This document shows positions 40,394-49,521 of a stretch of DNA of 64,000 nt, piece by piece. A program made the translations under genes and the position numbers. How positions within the stretch are numbered: the stretch's first letter is position 1; each line of letters opens with the position of its first letter. Location: contig OZ271854.1 in assembly GCA_965601925.1 (NCBI GenBank), forward strand, positions 4,384,001 through 4,448,000, written 5' to 3'. This DNA comes from Alkalispirochaeta sp. (GTDB taxonomy: Bacteria; Spirochaetota; Spirochaetia; DSM-27196; Alkalispirochaetaceae). The notes beneath the pieces are model-generated. The model ran no database searches. It saw only the letters and a list, made by a program, of their open reading frames with translations, and was not told the origin of the DNA.

Positions 40394-41284
40394 ATGATTG
40401 CCAGATCAATCGGCCGCTTTTTGGCCGCTACGATGCTCAAACCCCTTCCCCAACCGTTCCCTAAGACGCCGGCGGACTACGGGCTCGGCTATCGCGACGT
40501 GGATTTTCCGACGCGCGACGGACTGACGCTCCGCGGCTGGCTTCTCAACGAAAACGCGAGCAAGGTCATTATCATGACCCACTTCGGGTATCGCGCGAAC
40601 CGATTCGGCTATCAACTAAAATACCAACCGCGCTTGTCGAAACCTTACAACAAGGAGATCGAGTTCTGTCGGGTGGCGCAACGATTGGTAGAGGCGGGTT
40701 ACGGGGTGCTCATGTACGACCTACGAAACCACGGCGAAAGCGACAAGACGGAGCGGGGTGTCGGCACCGGCGGCCAAGGTGAACGCTTCGACGTATTGGG
40801 AGCCGTCGAGTTCATCGCGGCAAACAGTTCCACAGCCGACAAACCGATCGGCCTCTTGAGTTACTGCTACGGCGCCAACACCACCTTCTGCGCGATGCAG
40901 GAGGACGGCGGAGCATTTCTCCGGGCAGGGGTCAAGGCGATGGTGGCGCTCCAACCGCTGCGCAACGGGGACTTCCTCAAAGGGATGGGCGTGCCGGCCG
41001 TCATATACCGTCGGGCGGAGGAGTACTACCGGGAGCAGTCCGGAGGCTACTCGTTATTGCCGCCAATCGAGGAGGCGACAAAGTCGGTCTGCGTGCCGAC
41101 CCGTTTGGTACAGGCGCGAAAGGATCCCCACACCAATCTGGATTGGATCGCGGAAGTGTACGCCAACTTCCCGGTCGAGAAAGAGATGTTCTGGCTTGAA
41201 GAGCCTACACATCGATTCGACGGGTACAACTGGTTTGCCGACCATCCCCGCGACATGTTGGACTGGTTTGAACGCTACGTTTGA
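40394..41284 (+). CDS. Alpha/beta hydrolase
   Basis: DGLTLRGW, YDLRNHGES, GLLSYCYGA nucleophile elbow; AGGAGG RBS. Confidence 0.85.
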   Translation: MIARSIGRFLAATMLKPLPQPFPKTPADYGLGYRDVDFPTRDGLTLRGWLLNENASKVIIMTHFGYRANRFGYQLKYQPRLSKPYNKEIEFCRVAQRLVEAGYGVLMYDLRNHGESDKTERGVGTGGQGERFDVLGAVEFIAANSSTADKPIGLLSYCYGANTTFCAMQEDGGAFLRAGVKAMVALQPLRNGDFLKGMGVPAVIYRRAEEYYREQSGGYSLLPPIEEATKSVCVPTRLVQARKDPHTNLDWIAEVYANFPVEKEMFWLEEPTHRFDGYNWFADHPRDMLDWFERYV

Positions 41285-41322
41285 ACCGGTCCGACGAGAT
41301 CGGTCGACCGGCAACAACGAAC

Positions 41323-42456
41323 CTACACTCCGACGCACGTCCCGACTTGGCGCGCCGTGTCGAGCCAAGGGTGGTCGGTCGGCACCACCTTCTTCTTTCC
41401 CGCGACATCTTTCAGCGGCACCGCTTTGCACGCGTCGCCGCGGATTGCAATCATATTGTTATAGTTTCCCGTCGCCAACGCCTCGGCGGCGGCGGTACCG
41501 AGCAGTGAGCAGATCAGCCGATCGCGGGGAGACGGACTCCCGCCCCGCTGGACGTGCCCGAGCGAGGTTACCCGCGCCTCGGTACCGGTGAGCTGTTGAA
41601 TCTGCCGCGCAATTTGGCTCGCCTTGGCCTCTTGCACCAACCGGTACGGATTGCCCGCCTCGTCGTGCTCTACAACGACCTCGGGAGACTTTTTCTCCTT
41701 ACCGTTCTTCCCGTCTCGGAGCGCCGCTACCTCCTCTTGCGACATGGAGCCCTCGGAGACCGCGACGATCGAAAATCGCTTACCGCTCAGGCGGCGCGTC
41801 GCCAGATGCTCCGCGACGCGCTCCAGACGATACGGTATCTCGGGAATGAGAATGACATCCGCGCCGCCGGCAATGCCGGCACCCAGCGCCAACCAGCCGG
41901 AGTTGTGGCCCATGATCTCGCACACGATGATGCGATGGTGGCTGGTTGCGGTCGTATGGAGCCGATCGATCGCCTCGGCGGCGATCCACATGGCGGTATC
42001 GAAGCCGAATGTCGTATCCGTACCGGCGACGTCGTTATCGATCGTCTTGGGCAGGGTCAACACATTGATCCCGCCCTCCTTGTGGAGGTGGAAGGCGTTT
42101 TTTTGCGTACCGCCGCCGCCGAGACAGACGAGGCAGTCGATGTGGTGCTTATGAATGTTCTCTACCGCGGCGCGTGTCATGTCCATCTTTTTTCCGCCCA
42201 TGGGCATCTTGTGCGGTTTATCGCGAGCGGTCCCCAGAATGGTACCGCCGAGGGTAAGAATGCCGCTCACGGCGCGATCGTCCAACGCGATGGTTCTGTT
42301 TTCGACCAGGCCGCGGAATCCGTCCAAAAAACCGACCACTTTGATTCCGTACGTTCCGATCGCCGCCTTGACGACGCCGCGAATAGCGGCGTTCAGCCCG
42401 GGACAATCCCCGCCGCTGGTGAGAATTCCAATACATTTCGTCTTCGATTTTGCCAT
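41323..42456 (-). CDS. pfkA: 6-phosphofructokinase (PfkA family)
   Basis: [40 protein letters not shown]. Confidence 0.93.
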   Translation of the reverse strand: MAKSKTKCIGILTSGGDCPGLNAAIRGVVKAAIGTYGIKVVGFLDGFRGLVENRTIALDDRAVSGILTLGGTILGTARDKPHKMPMGGKKMDMTRAAVENIHKHHIDCLVCLGGGGTQKNAFHLHKEGGINVLTLPKTIDNDVAGTDTTFGFDTAMWIAAEAIDRLHTTATSHHRIIVCEIMGHNSGWLALGAGIAGGADVILIPEIPYRLERVAEHLATRRLSGKRFSIVAVSEGSMSQEEVAALRDGKNGKEKKSPEVVVEHDEAGNPYRLVQEAKASQIARQIQQLTGTEARVTSLGHVQRGGSPSPRDRLICSLLGTAAAEALATGNYNNMIAIRGDACKAVPLKDVAGKKKVVPTDHPWLDTARQVGTCVGV

Positions 42457-42468
42457 CTGTCGTACCTC

Positions 42469-42708
42469 CTACGCGCCTCTCACCAGTATAGGGGCAAATG
42501 GAGACCTCATGGGAAGCACATACGGTTCATGCCGTCGACTTCGAGAGCTCGACGCTCCCCGACTCCTCACGTGGTTCAATACGCGGTGTATCGTTTCGGA
42601 TGCTACGGTCGCATCTTTTGTAATATTGCCGGACGCGAGAATCGGATTGCTCATGTTACCGCCGGTCAACGGAACAAGCGTCGCCGCCGCGCGACGATCC
42701 GACGTCAC
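42469..42708 (-). pseudogene. Truncated aminoglycoside-phosphotransferase-like kinase (N-terminal remnant)
   Basis: GTGA overlap with SIS stop; PLTGGNMS...ASETIHRVLNHVRSRG resembles the APH-family N-lobe, then resemblance ends with no HxD motif. Confidence 0.5.
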
Positions 42709-43706
42709 AGCTCGTATGAAGTCATCGCATGAGACCACGGCGGTGTGTCCGTTCGAATCCTGTCGGGGTTGGTTCCAAGACGATCCGCCATCTTACCGAC
42801 AACCAGCTGAAGAGGGATAATCGCGACGAACGGCCGCACGGGCGGGTCGCAATTCGGTATCGGGATGTCGGCGCGTGACGTACCGATCGTCGTCACCGAC
42901 GCGCCGATTTGGGACAATACCGTCTCGAGCGTGTGCGTCCGACCGTCGTCATCCACATTGGGTTCTATGACAAATGCGTGAAGGCTCTCGTCGTACGCGG
43001 CCGGCGGCCCGTGAAGCGCAAACTCGGTAGTGAGGCTATCGGTCCATCTATACGTGCCTTCTTTGATTTTGAGCGCCGCTTCGTCGGCGGTAATGGAGTC
43101 TATACCGAATCCGACGGTCAGTATTCGCTCCGCCGCGCACGCCCGTTCGATAATACGATCCGGAATGTCGGTTTGTAGCGCCGTTCTCATGACATCGGCG
43201 ACTCCCTGCATCGATCGCATGTATGTGCGCCCGCGCGCACCGAAGGTGTTCGCAATGAGTTGTGACATTACGGCCAACGCCGAGACGTACGAGACGGTGT
43301 GGGTACTCGATTGGTCGGCCGAACATGTGCGCAGAACAATATCCGCCCTCGGCGCCACCTCGGAGTCCGCGGTCACGACGACCGTGGCGGCTCCATGCGC
43401 TCGTCCTTTCTCCAATACGCGATTGGGAAACGTCTTCGTTCCGCGGTGACTCACCACGACAATCTGCGTTTCCGCCGTGATCGATCCGTGTATCGAGAGG
43501 TAGTGCGCCTCCTCGGCACGGACATCCGCGCCGTCACCGGTTATCTCCCGTATCCAATGTTCCGCCACTCGGCACGCGTGCAGCGACGTTCCGATTCCGG
43601 TCAACCGGATGGGGCGATCCGGATCAAGGGCGTGCGACTGTTCGACCGACAGAATCCGCTCAACTTCCGCCGGTTGCCGAGAGACCTCTGAAAAAAACTT
43701 GAGCAT
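42705..43706 (-). CDS. Double-SIS-domain phosphosugar isomerase/deaminase (GlmS C-terminal-like)
   Basis: EVSRQP, GIGTSLHA, VSHRG, EAALKIKE, EFALHGP, PLQL; no glutaminase domain. Confidence 0.85.
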   Translation of the reverse strand: MLKFFSEVSRQPAEVERILSVEQSHALDPDRPIRLTGIGTSLHACRVAEHWIREITGDGADVRAEEAHYLSIHGSITAETQIVVVSHRGTKTFPNRVLEKGRAHGAATVVVTADSEVAPRADIVLRTCSADQSSTHTVSYVSALAVMSQLIANTFGARGRTYMRSMQGVADVMRTALQTDIPDRIIERACAAERILTVGFGIDSITADEAALKIKEGTYRWTDSLTTEFALHGPPAAYDESLHAFVIEPNVDDDGRTHTLETVLSQIGASVTTIGTSRADIPIPNCDPPVRPFVAIIPLQLVVGKMADRLGTNPDRIRTDTPPWSHAMTSYEL

Positions 43707-43767
43707 GATCGTCCTCTTTTCATCCGGCGCAAAGCCCATACGCCGGACCACGTGTGCCTACGCGTGA

Positions 43768-44382
43768 TTACTCATCGGAAATCGCAAGACGCACGGCAAA
43801 GAGCGCCAATAAGACGGCGAAGGACCGTTGAATCCAACGGACGGCGGATCGCGATTCGGTTATAACCCGTCGCGCGGCGGCCGCCATGACTCCGTATGCG
43901 ATAAAGATAAGGAGTGTCAAAAGCATGAACGCGGCACTCAGGACGGCCATCGCTCCGATCGGAGTCTCGGTCTGCGCCGGGACGAACTGCGGGAGGAAGG
44001 CGAAGAAGAACAGTGTTAATCTCGGATTCAACAAATTCAGCAGCACGGCCCGCATGATAATCCGAATCCCCCGCTCGCGGGTGGTCTCGGTTCCCATCGT
44101 CAGATTGCCCGCGTTACTCCACGTCGAGTATGCGAGGTAGAGCAAGTACACCACGCCGACAAGTCGGACAAATCGAAAGACCTGTGCGCTCGCGTGCAAT
44201 ATTGCCGTCAGACCGAACGCCGCGGCGGACACGTGAGGGATAATCCCGAGCGTGCACCCGATAGCCGCAATGACCGCAGCGCGCGTACCGCGACCGATCC
44301 CCGTGGATATCGTATAGATGACGCCGGTCCCGGGCACGACTACGACGACAAGAGCGGTCAGCACGAACTCTGTACTCAGCAT
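43768..44382 (-). CDS. LysE/RhtB family exporter
   Basis: VVPGTG, G..YLLYLA, NLLNPRLTLFFFAFLPQF; GGAGG RBS. Confidence 0.9.
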   Translation of the reverse strand: MLSTEFVLTALVVVVVPGTGVIYTISTGIGRGTRAAVIAAIGCTLGIIPHVSAAAFGLTAILHASAQVFRFVRLVGVVYLLYLAYSTWSNAGNLTMGTETTRERGIRIIMRAVLLNLLNPRLTLFFFAFLPQFVPAQTETPIGAMAVLSAAFMLLTLLIFIAYGVMAAAARRVITESRSAVRWIQRSFAVLLALFAVRLAISDE

Positions 44383-44579
44383 AGAACCTCCAGTACCGGC
44401 TACATGCGGCTTGATACGTGCACACCGTACCACATGGCGCTAAGCCGGTATACTCTCCCGCTCGAGACCGAAACGTGAGGAGCGACCGGACGCATGGATG
44501 CGATTCTACGCACTCCCTCGCTCAAGGCATCCCGGACGGTTCTCTTGTCTCAACAAGCGCCGGCGGATACACTGACAGC

Positions 44580-45257
44580 GTGGCGACGAGTACCGTTGAG
44601 CAGTATCTCAAGACTATGTTTCTTCTTGAACGGAGGACGGGGACACCGTGCATCCCGATGAAAACGCTTGCCGACGGCATGGGAGTGACACCGGGAACAG
44701 CCACGGCGATGGCCAAGCATTTGGCCGCCCAAGGCCTGATCGACTATCGCCCGCGACGCGGTACCGTCCTCAACGATGAGGGTCGCGCCGTGGCGATAAA
44801 AATGGTCCGTCGTCACCGCCTTATCGAGACGTTTTTGGAACGGGTGCTGGAGTACGACTGGAGTGAGGTCCATTCCGATGCCGAGGAGCTCGAACACGTC
44901 GTGTCGGACCGCTTCGTCGAGTGCATCGATCGACTTCTCGGCTATCCCGAGGCCGACCCCCACGGCGACCCGATTCCGCGCGCCGACGGCGCGTTTGCCT
45001 CACAGGCATTGATCAGTTTGGCCGACGCTACGGCGGGACAGGATCTCGTTGTCGCCCGAATCGTCGACGACAGCGACGCATTTCTGCAGCTGATGAAAGA
45101 TAAACGCATCGTCCCCGGCGAGGTGCTCCGTCTCGTGGAAAACAACCCCGTCGCCGGTACGGTGACCGTCGAGACCTCGGCGCTCAGAGAAACGCCGTTG
45201 GCCCTCGGTCACGACATGGCCAGGAGCATTCTGGTGCGCGAGCCGGCATCTTCCTGA
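44580..45257 (+). CDS. DtxR/MntR metal-dependent regulator with FeoA domain
   Basis: EQYLKTM, RRHRLIETFL, VHSDAEELEH, DPHGDPIP; TTGTCT-17-TACACT-6-GTG. Confidence 0.92.
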   Translation: MATSTVEQYLKTMFLLERRTGTPCIPMKTLADGMGVTPGTATAMAKHLAAQGLIDYRPRRGTVLNDEGRAVAIKMVRRHRLIETFLERVLEYDWSEVHSDAEELEHVVSDRFVECIDRLLGYPEADPHGDPIPRADGAFASQALISLADATAGQDLVVARIVDDSDAFLQLMKDKRIVPGEVLRLVENNPVAGTVTVETSALRETPLALGHDMARSILVREPASS

Positions 45258-45318
45258 TCGGCCCGTCGCCGCCAACCGATTCAAGAACGACGCCGAAGCT
45301 CACCGCTGCGGTTCTGCG

Positions 45319-45924
45319 CTACAGGACTCCCTTGGTGGAGAGAATCGACGTAGTCGGTCGGTACGCCGCTCCGAGAGCCCGTCCGGCGGATTTGAAGATC
45401 GCCTCGGCCAAATGATGCCCGTTCACACCGTAGCGACCGATTACGTGTATATTCGCCAGAGCATTCCCGACGAACCCTTGAAAGAACTCGCGTACGAGCG
45501 CTAAGTCGAACCGTCCGGCGTGGCCTTGCGGAAACTCCGCATGAAAGACGAGATAACTTCGCCCCGATACGTCGACGACCGTCTCCGCCAGTGCGTCGTC
45601 CATGGGCACAATCGCGTGACCGAACCGCTCGACCGGGCCCTGCTCCTCGACGACGCGGCGAAATGCTTGACCCAGTACGATCCCGATGTCCTCTACGGTG
45701 TGGTGATCGTCGACGTCAAGATCACCGACGGCTTTGATACGGCACGAGAATCCGCCGTGAAAGAGCATGGCGGACAACATATGGTCGAAGAACGGGACAC
45801 CGGTAGCGATATCGAGTCCCGTATCGCGGTCAAGAGTCGGTTGATCGGTGGAGGCTTCAAATCGGCCCAACTCAACGCGTATGTCGGTCTCGCGAGTCGT
45901 TCGTTCGATGGCAATGCGCTTCAT
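45319..45924 (-). CDS. hisB: Imidazoleglycerol-phosphate dehydratase
   Basis: RTTRETDI, TGVPFFDHML, DDHHTVED, PMDDAL, NGHHLAEAIFK, STKG. Confidence 0.95.
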   Translation of the reverse strand: MKRIAIERTTRETDIRVELGRFEASTDQPTLDRDTGLDIATGVPFFDHMLSAMLFHGGFSCRIKAVGDLDVDDHHTVEDIGIVLGQAFRRVVEEQGPVERFGHAIVPMDDALAETVVDVSGRSYLVFHAEFPQGHAGRFDLALVREFFQGFVGNALANIHVIGRYGVNGHHLAEAIFKSAGRALGAAYRPTTSILSTKGVL

Positions 45925-45991
45925 GGAATCTCCTATTTACTGAGTGTCTCGTTTTGCGACCCGCGCAACTCGTATAGTATACTGTGAGCGC

Positions 45992-47341
45992 GTGACGCGA
46001 ACAGAACCGCCGGCGCCTAACTTTCTCCTTCGCTGGTCGATCCAAGCCGTAGCCGCCGGTGTGATAGGGACCGTTTTGGTGCGCATGTTCGCGCTCCTCG
46101 TCGGTCGAATGGGCGCGCTGTTCGTCGCGTACGATCTCCATCCCATCATCGTAGCGGCGACCGCAGCGGTCGTCGTCGGGGCCGTCGTCTACAAAATCGC
46201 TCCGGGTGCGTCGGGAGAGGGGATTCCCGCCTATCTGGTGTCCGTACGGTCGTCGGGTATCCATATGCCCGTTCTCGATACGGTACTCAAGTTTCCCGCG
46301 GCGGTGATTACCGTCGCCTGCTACGGAAGCGGCGGCGGAATCGGTCCGGTGGGAAGAGTCGCGTCGGGTCTCGCCCAGACGTTGACGATCCAGCTGCAAC
46401 GGTGGTTTCCACGCCTCTTCGCCGACCACCGACAACACCACGCCAACTATCACGCTCCCACGACCGCGGCCATCGGTGGAATGGCGGCGGTCGTCGCTGC
46501 GGTGTTCCACGCACCGGTCGCCGGAGCGATCTTCGCGGTCGAGGTAATCCAGACCGACCGGCTGCAATATCACCAACTGTTTCCCGCGGTCCTCGCCTCG
46601 AGCACCGCGGTCTTTGCCGCTCGCGCGCTCGGTTGGGACGCCCCGGTCGCGGCGAGTGTGCCGCCCTTTGTCGCCGACGTCGGCATACTCCTCCCCGTTG
46701 TGGCGCTCGGTTTGATTACCGGCGGTCTCGGCCTCGCCTACACGGGGTTGTACAGGCGCATAGCGGCTCTGTTCGGGCGTGATAAACGCACCGCGCGCAC
46801 TCCCCGTCTCGCGATCGGGATGATCGGCACCGCGGTGCTCGACATGGGCGTCAGCCCCGCACTGGCCGGCACATCGCCCGTACTATTCGCTCTGGTCGTA
46901 TCGGGCGAGTTACACCGGCTTTCAATCTCGGCGGGGCCGGGACTATCGGTCATTCCCACCCTGATACTCCTGTTGATCGCGAAGATCGTGGGCAACTGTC
47001 TCACGACGGGCTCTGGGATGAGCGCCGGTTTCACCGGTCCGGCCGTACTCGTCGGGACGCTCACCGGGGCGATCGTGGGAACGATTCTGGGAACGACACT
47101 CGGCTCACCGCAGTACACCACGCTCGTGGCGGCAGGACTATCGGGCATGCTCGCGGCGACTATCAACACCCCGTTGGCGGCGGCGGTGCTCACCGTGGAA
47201 CTGTTCGAACCGGGCTACGGGATTCCCGCAGGATTATCGGCTATGATCGCCTTTCAGGTCGCACGCTTCAGTACAATCTACGACGTTGCACTCGAGAATC
47301 GGCGGGAGGAGCGATCCGCCGACGATCGGCACGCGAGCTAA
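45992..47341 (+). CDS. CLC-family chloride channel-like protein with atypical motifs
   Basis: GEGIP, GGIGP, APVAGAIFAVE, GFTGP, PLAAAVLTVE, C-terminal IY; many TM helices. Confidence 0.8.
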   Translation: MTRTEPPAPNFLLRWSIQAVAAGVIGTVLVRMFALLVGRMGALFVAYDLHPIIVAATAAVVVGAVVYKIAPGASGEGIPAYLVSVRSSGIHMPVLDTVLKFPAAVITVACYGSGGGIGPVGRVASGLAQTLTIQLQRWFPRLFADHRQHHANYHAPTTAAIGGMAAVVAAVFHAPVAGAIFAVEVIQTDRLQYHQLFPAVLASSTAVFAARALGWDAPVAASVPPFVADVGILLPVVALGLITGGLGLAYTGLYRRIAALFGRDKRTARTPRLAIGMIGTAVLDMGVSPALAGTSPVLFALVVSGELHRLSISAGPGLSVIPTLILLLIAKIVGNCLTTGSGMSAGFTGPAVLVGTLTGAIVGTILGTTLGSPQYTTLVAAGLSGMLAATINTPLAAAVLTVELFEPGYGIPAGLSAMIAFQVARFSTIYDVALENRREERSADDRHAS

Positions 47342-47381
47342 TCGGACAAAGGGGATCGGGACTCCCCGGCCAATCAGACGA

Positions 47382-48329
47382 CTACCGACGTGAAAAGAAC
47401 CGCCCTTCGATGTCGCTCAAGCGCGGCGGATCGGCACCGGGTCGACTACACGTCACCGACGCCACCGTGCCGGCAAAAGCGAGCATACGCTCCATCCCGT
47501 CGGGTGGTAGGACGCGGATGCGGTCGCGACTCAGCAAGCCCTCGTGGTACAGCCACGCCAGGATGGCCGCGTGGAATGAATCGCCCGCACCGATCGTATC
47601 GGATACGGTAGTCGGTACGGCTCGGGCTCGTACCGTGTTGTCGGCCGTACACGCGAACGATCCCTTATCGCCGAGAGTAACGACGACGAGGTGAGCGCCG
47701 CGTCCGATCATCTCGCGCGCCGCCGACTCCAAGTCGGACGTCCCGGCGATCCACTCCAGATCTTCGTCGCTGACCTTTACAATCGTACTCGCCGCAACGC
47801 CCCGCTGTACGCGCAGTCGGTAGTCGGCCTCGTCGTCGATAAGAACGGCGCGTATGTTCGGGTCGAAAGAGACGACACGACGCTCGCCCTCGCCCTCGAC
47901 AAAATCGAGAATGGTCGAACCCGTCGGATCGGCAATGAGAGAGATCGATCCGAACTGAATGGCCCGGGCGGCATCCGCAAGCGCGGGAATCTCGGCGGTG
48001 GTCAGGGCGCGATCGGCGGCACCGTTCGTGAAAAAAGCGTATCGCGCCTCGCCGGAGGCCGTCTTTTTCACGAATGCAAGGGTACTTGGAGCGGCGGGAC
48101 GCACGATCATCTCGGTAGAGACGCCGTTACTCGCGAGATTGTCGACGAGTTGATCGCCGAAGAAATCACTGGAGATTTTCCCCAGGAACGCGGCCGGAAC
48201 GTCGAGACGGGCGCACGCGATTGCCGAGTTGTACGGCGAGCCGCCGGGGGCGGGACGATAGGTCGGTTGTTCCTCCGCATCACCCATGGGAATGAAGTCG
48301 ATCAACGCTTCGCCTATGTGTACGATCAT
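47382..48329 (-). CDS. PfkB family carbohydrate kinase (fructokinase-like)
   Basis: GEALIDF, PGGSPYN, FDPNIR, KVSDED, DTIGAGDSF. Confidence 0.92.
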   Translation of the reverse strand: MIVHIGEALIDFIPMGDAEEQPTYRPAPGGSPYNSAIACARLDVPAAFLGKISSDFFGDQLVDNLASNGVSTEMIVRPAAPSTLAFVKKTASGEARYAFFTNGAADRALTTAEIPALADAARAIQFGSISLIADPTGSTILDFVEGEGERRVVSFDPNIRAVLIDDEADYRLRVQRGVAASTIVKVSDEDLEWIAGTSDLESAAREMIGRGAHLVVVTLGDKGSFACTADNTVRARAVPTTVSDTIGAGDSFHAAILAWLYHEGLLSRDRIRVLPPDGMERMLAFAGTVASVTCSRPGADPPRLSDIEGRFFSRR

Positions 48330-48393
48330 GGAGCGATGATACGACGTCCGCCCTCGGTATCGCAACTCGCTTCCGCGCTGCTATAATGGCGGC

Positions 48394-49521
48394 ATGTTGA
48401 CCGTGCCGCTGTATCCCGACCAATTTACTCCCGTCGAGCGAGAAGTCCTACGCTACGACGAGTTTCTCGTTTCGGCCTTTCGCTATCCGTCGGGAGTCGA
48501 GGCGTTGCGCATCGCCAATAGCGCGGGTGAGGCGATCGCGCTCCCGTTTCAAGGGCAACAGATTTGGGACCTGAGTATGTTCGGACGGCGTCAGACGATG
48601 CGTTCGATGTTCGATCAACCGCGCAGCGGCGTACCGTTTTTGGAGACCTACGGCGGCTTTCTCATCCACTGCGGGTTTTCCGCGATGGGCGGCCCCGGCC
48701 CGGAGGACGACCACCCGCTTCACGGCGAGCTACCCAATATTCGGTATGACGAAGCATCGCTTGTCGCGGACAACGACGAAGCGGGACCGTATATCGCCCT
48801 CACCGGGAGCGTAGAGTTCGCCCGCGCCTTCGGCCCCCACTATCGGGCGACGCCGGAGGTGAGGATGTACCCGAAGTCCGGCGCCCTGCGCGTGATATTC
48901 GAAGCGGTGAACATGAAAAAAACTCCGATGGAGTACATGTACCTCTGTCACGTGAACTTTCGTCCCGTGGACGACGGCGAGCTGCTCTATACCGCCCCGT
49001 GCGATCCCGACCACGTTCGGGTGAGGAGCAACATTCCGTCTCATCTGACGGTGAGCGACGCGTATCGCGACTTTCTCGCCGATCTTCGTCACCATCCGGA
49101 GAAGCAAAATCGGCTCGCACCCGACCTCCCATTCGACCCCGAGGCGGTGCTTTTTATCGACATGAACGCCGACCGGGACGGGATGGCCCACGCAATGCAG
49201 CGTCATCCGACCGGCGAAGGCGACTTTGTGAGCTACCGTCCGCGCGAGTTGGACCATGCGGTACGTTGGATTTGCCGTACCGCCGATCAGGACGGCTTGG
49301 GAATCGTACTGCCGGCGACGGCGGAGCCGGACGGGTACACGGCGGAGAAAAAAAAGGGGAACGTCAAACAGCTCGCCCCGGGGGAGCGATTCCGTTGCGA
49401 TTTTCTTGCCGGTGCGCTCTCCGCCTCGGCGGCGCAACGATACGCGGCTCACATAGACGACACCGCCGGCGGCGGCGGCGCACACATGGATGTAGTTTCG
49501 CTCGATGCCAAGTCACATTAG
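48394..49521 (+). CDS. Aldose 1-epimerase-like protein (DUF4432-type)
   Basis: LPFQGQQIW, YGGFLIHCG, HPLHGE, YLCHVNF, LPATAEP. Confidence 0.8.
   Translation: MLTVPLYPDQFTPVEREVLRYDEFLVSAFRYPSGVEALRIANSAGEAIALPFQGQQIWDLSMFGRRQTMRSMFDQPRSGVPFLETYGGFLIHCGFSAMGGPGPEDDHPLHGELPNIRYDEASLVADNDEAGPYIALTGSVEFARAFGPHYRATPEVRMYPKSGALRVIFEAVNMKKTPMEYMYLCHVNFRPVDDGELLYTAPCDPDHVRVRSNIPSHLTVSDAYRDFLADLRHHPEKQNRLAPDLPFDPEAVLFIDMNADRDGMAHAMQRHPTGEGDFVSYRPRELDHAVRWICRTADQDGLGIVLPATAEPDGYTAEKKKGNVKQLAPGERFRCDFLAGALSASAAQRYAAHIDDTAGGGGAHMDVVSLDAKSH

Noticed and set aside
33624..44500. Genomic island or prophage integrated at tRNA-Leu(GAG)
   Set aside because: Genes downstream look accessory, but I found no integrase, transposase or phage gene and noticed no direct repeat of the tRNA 3' end in the window
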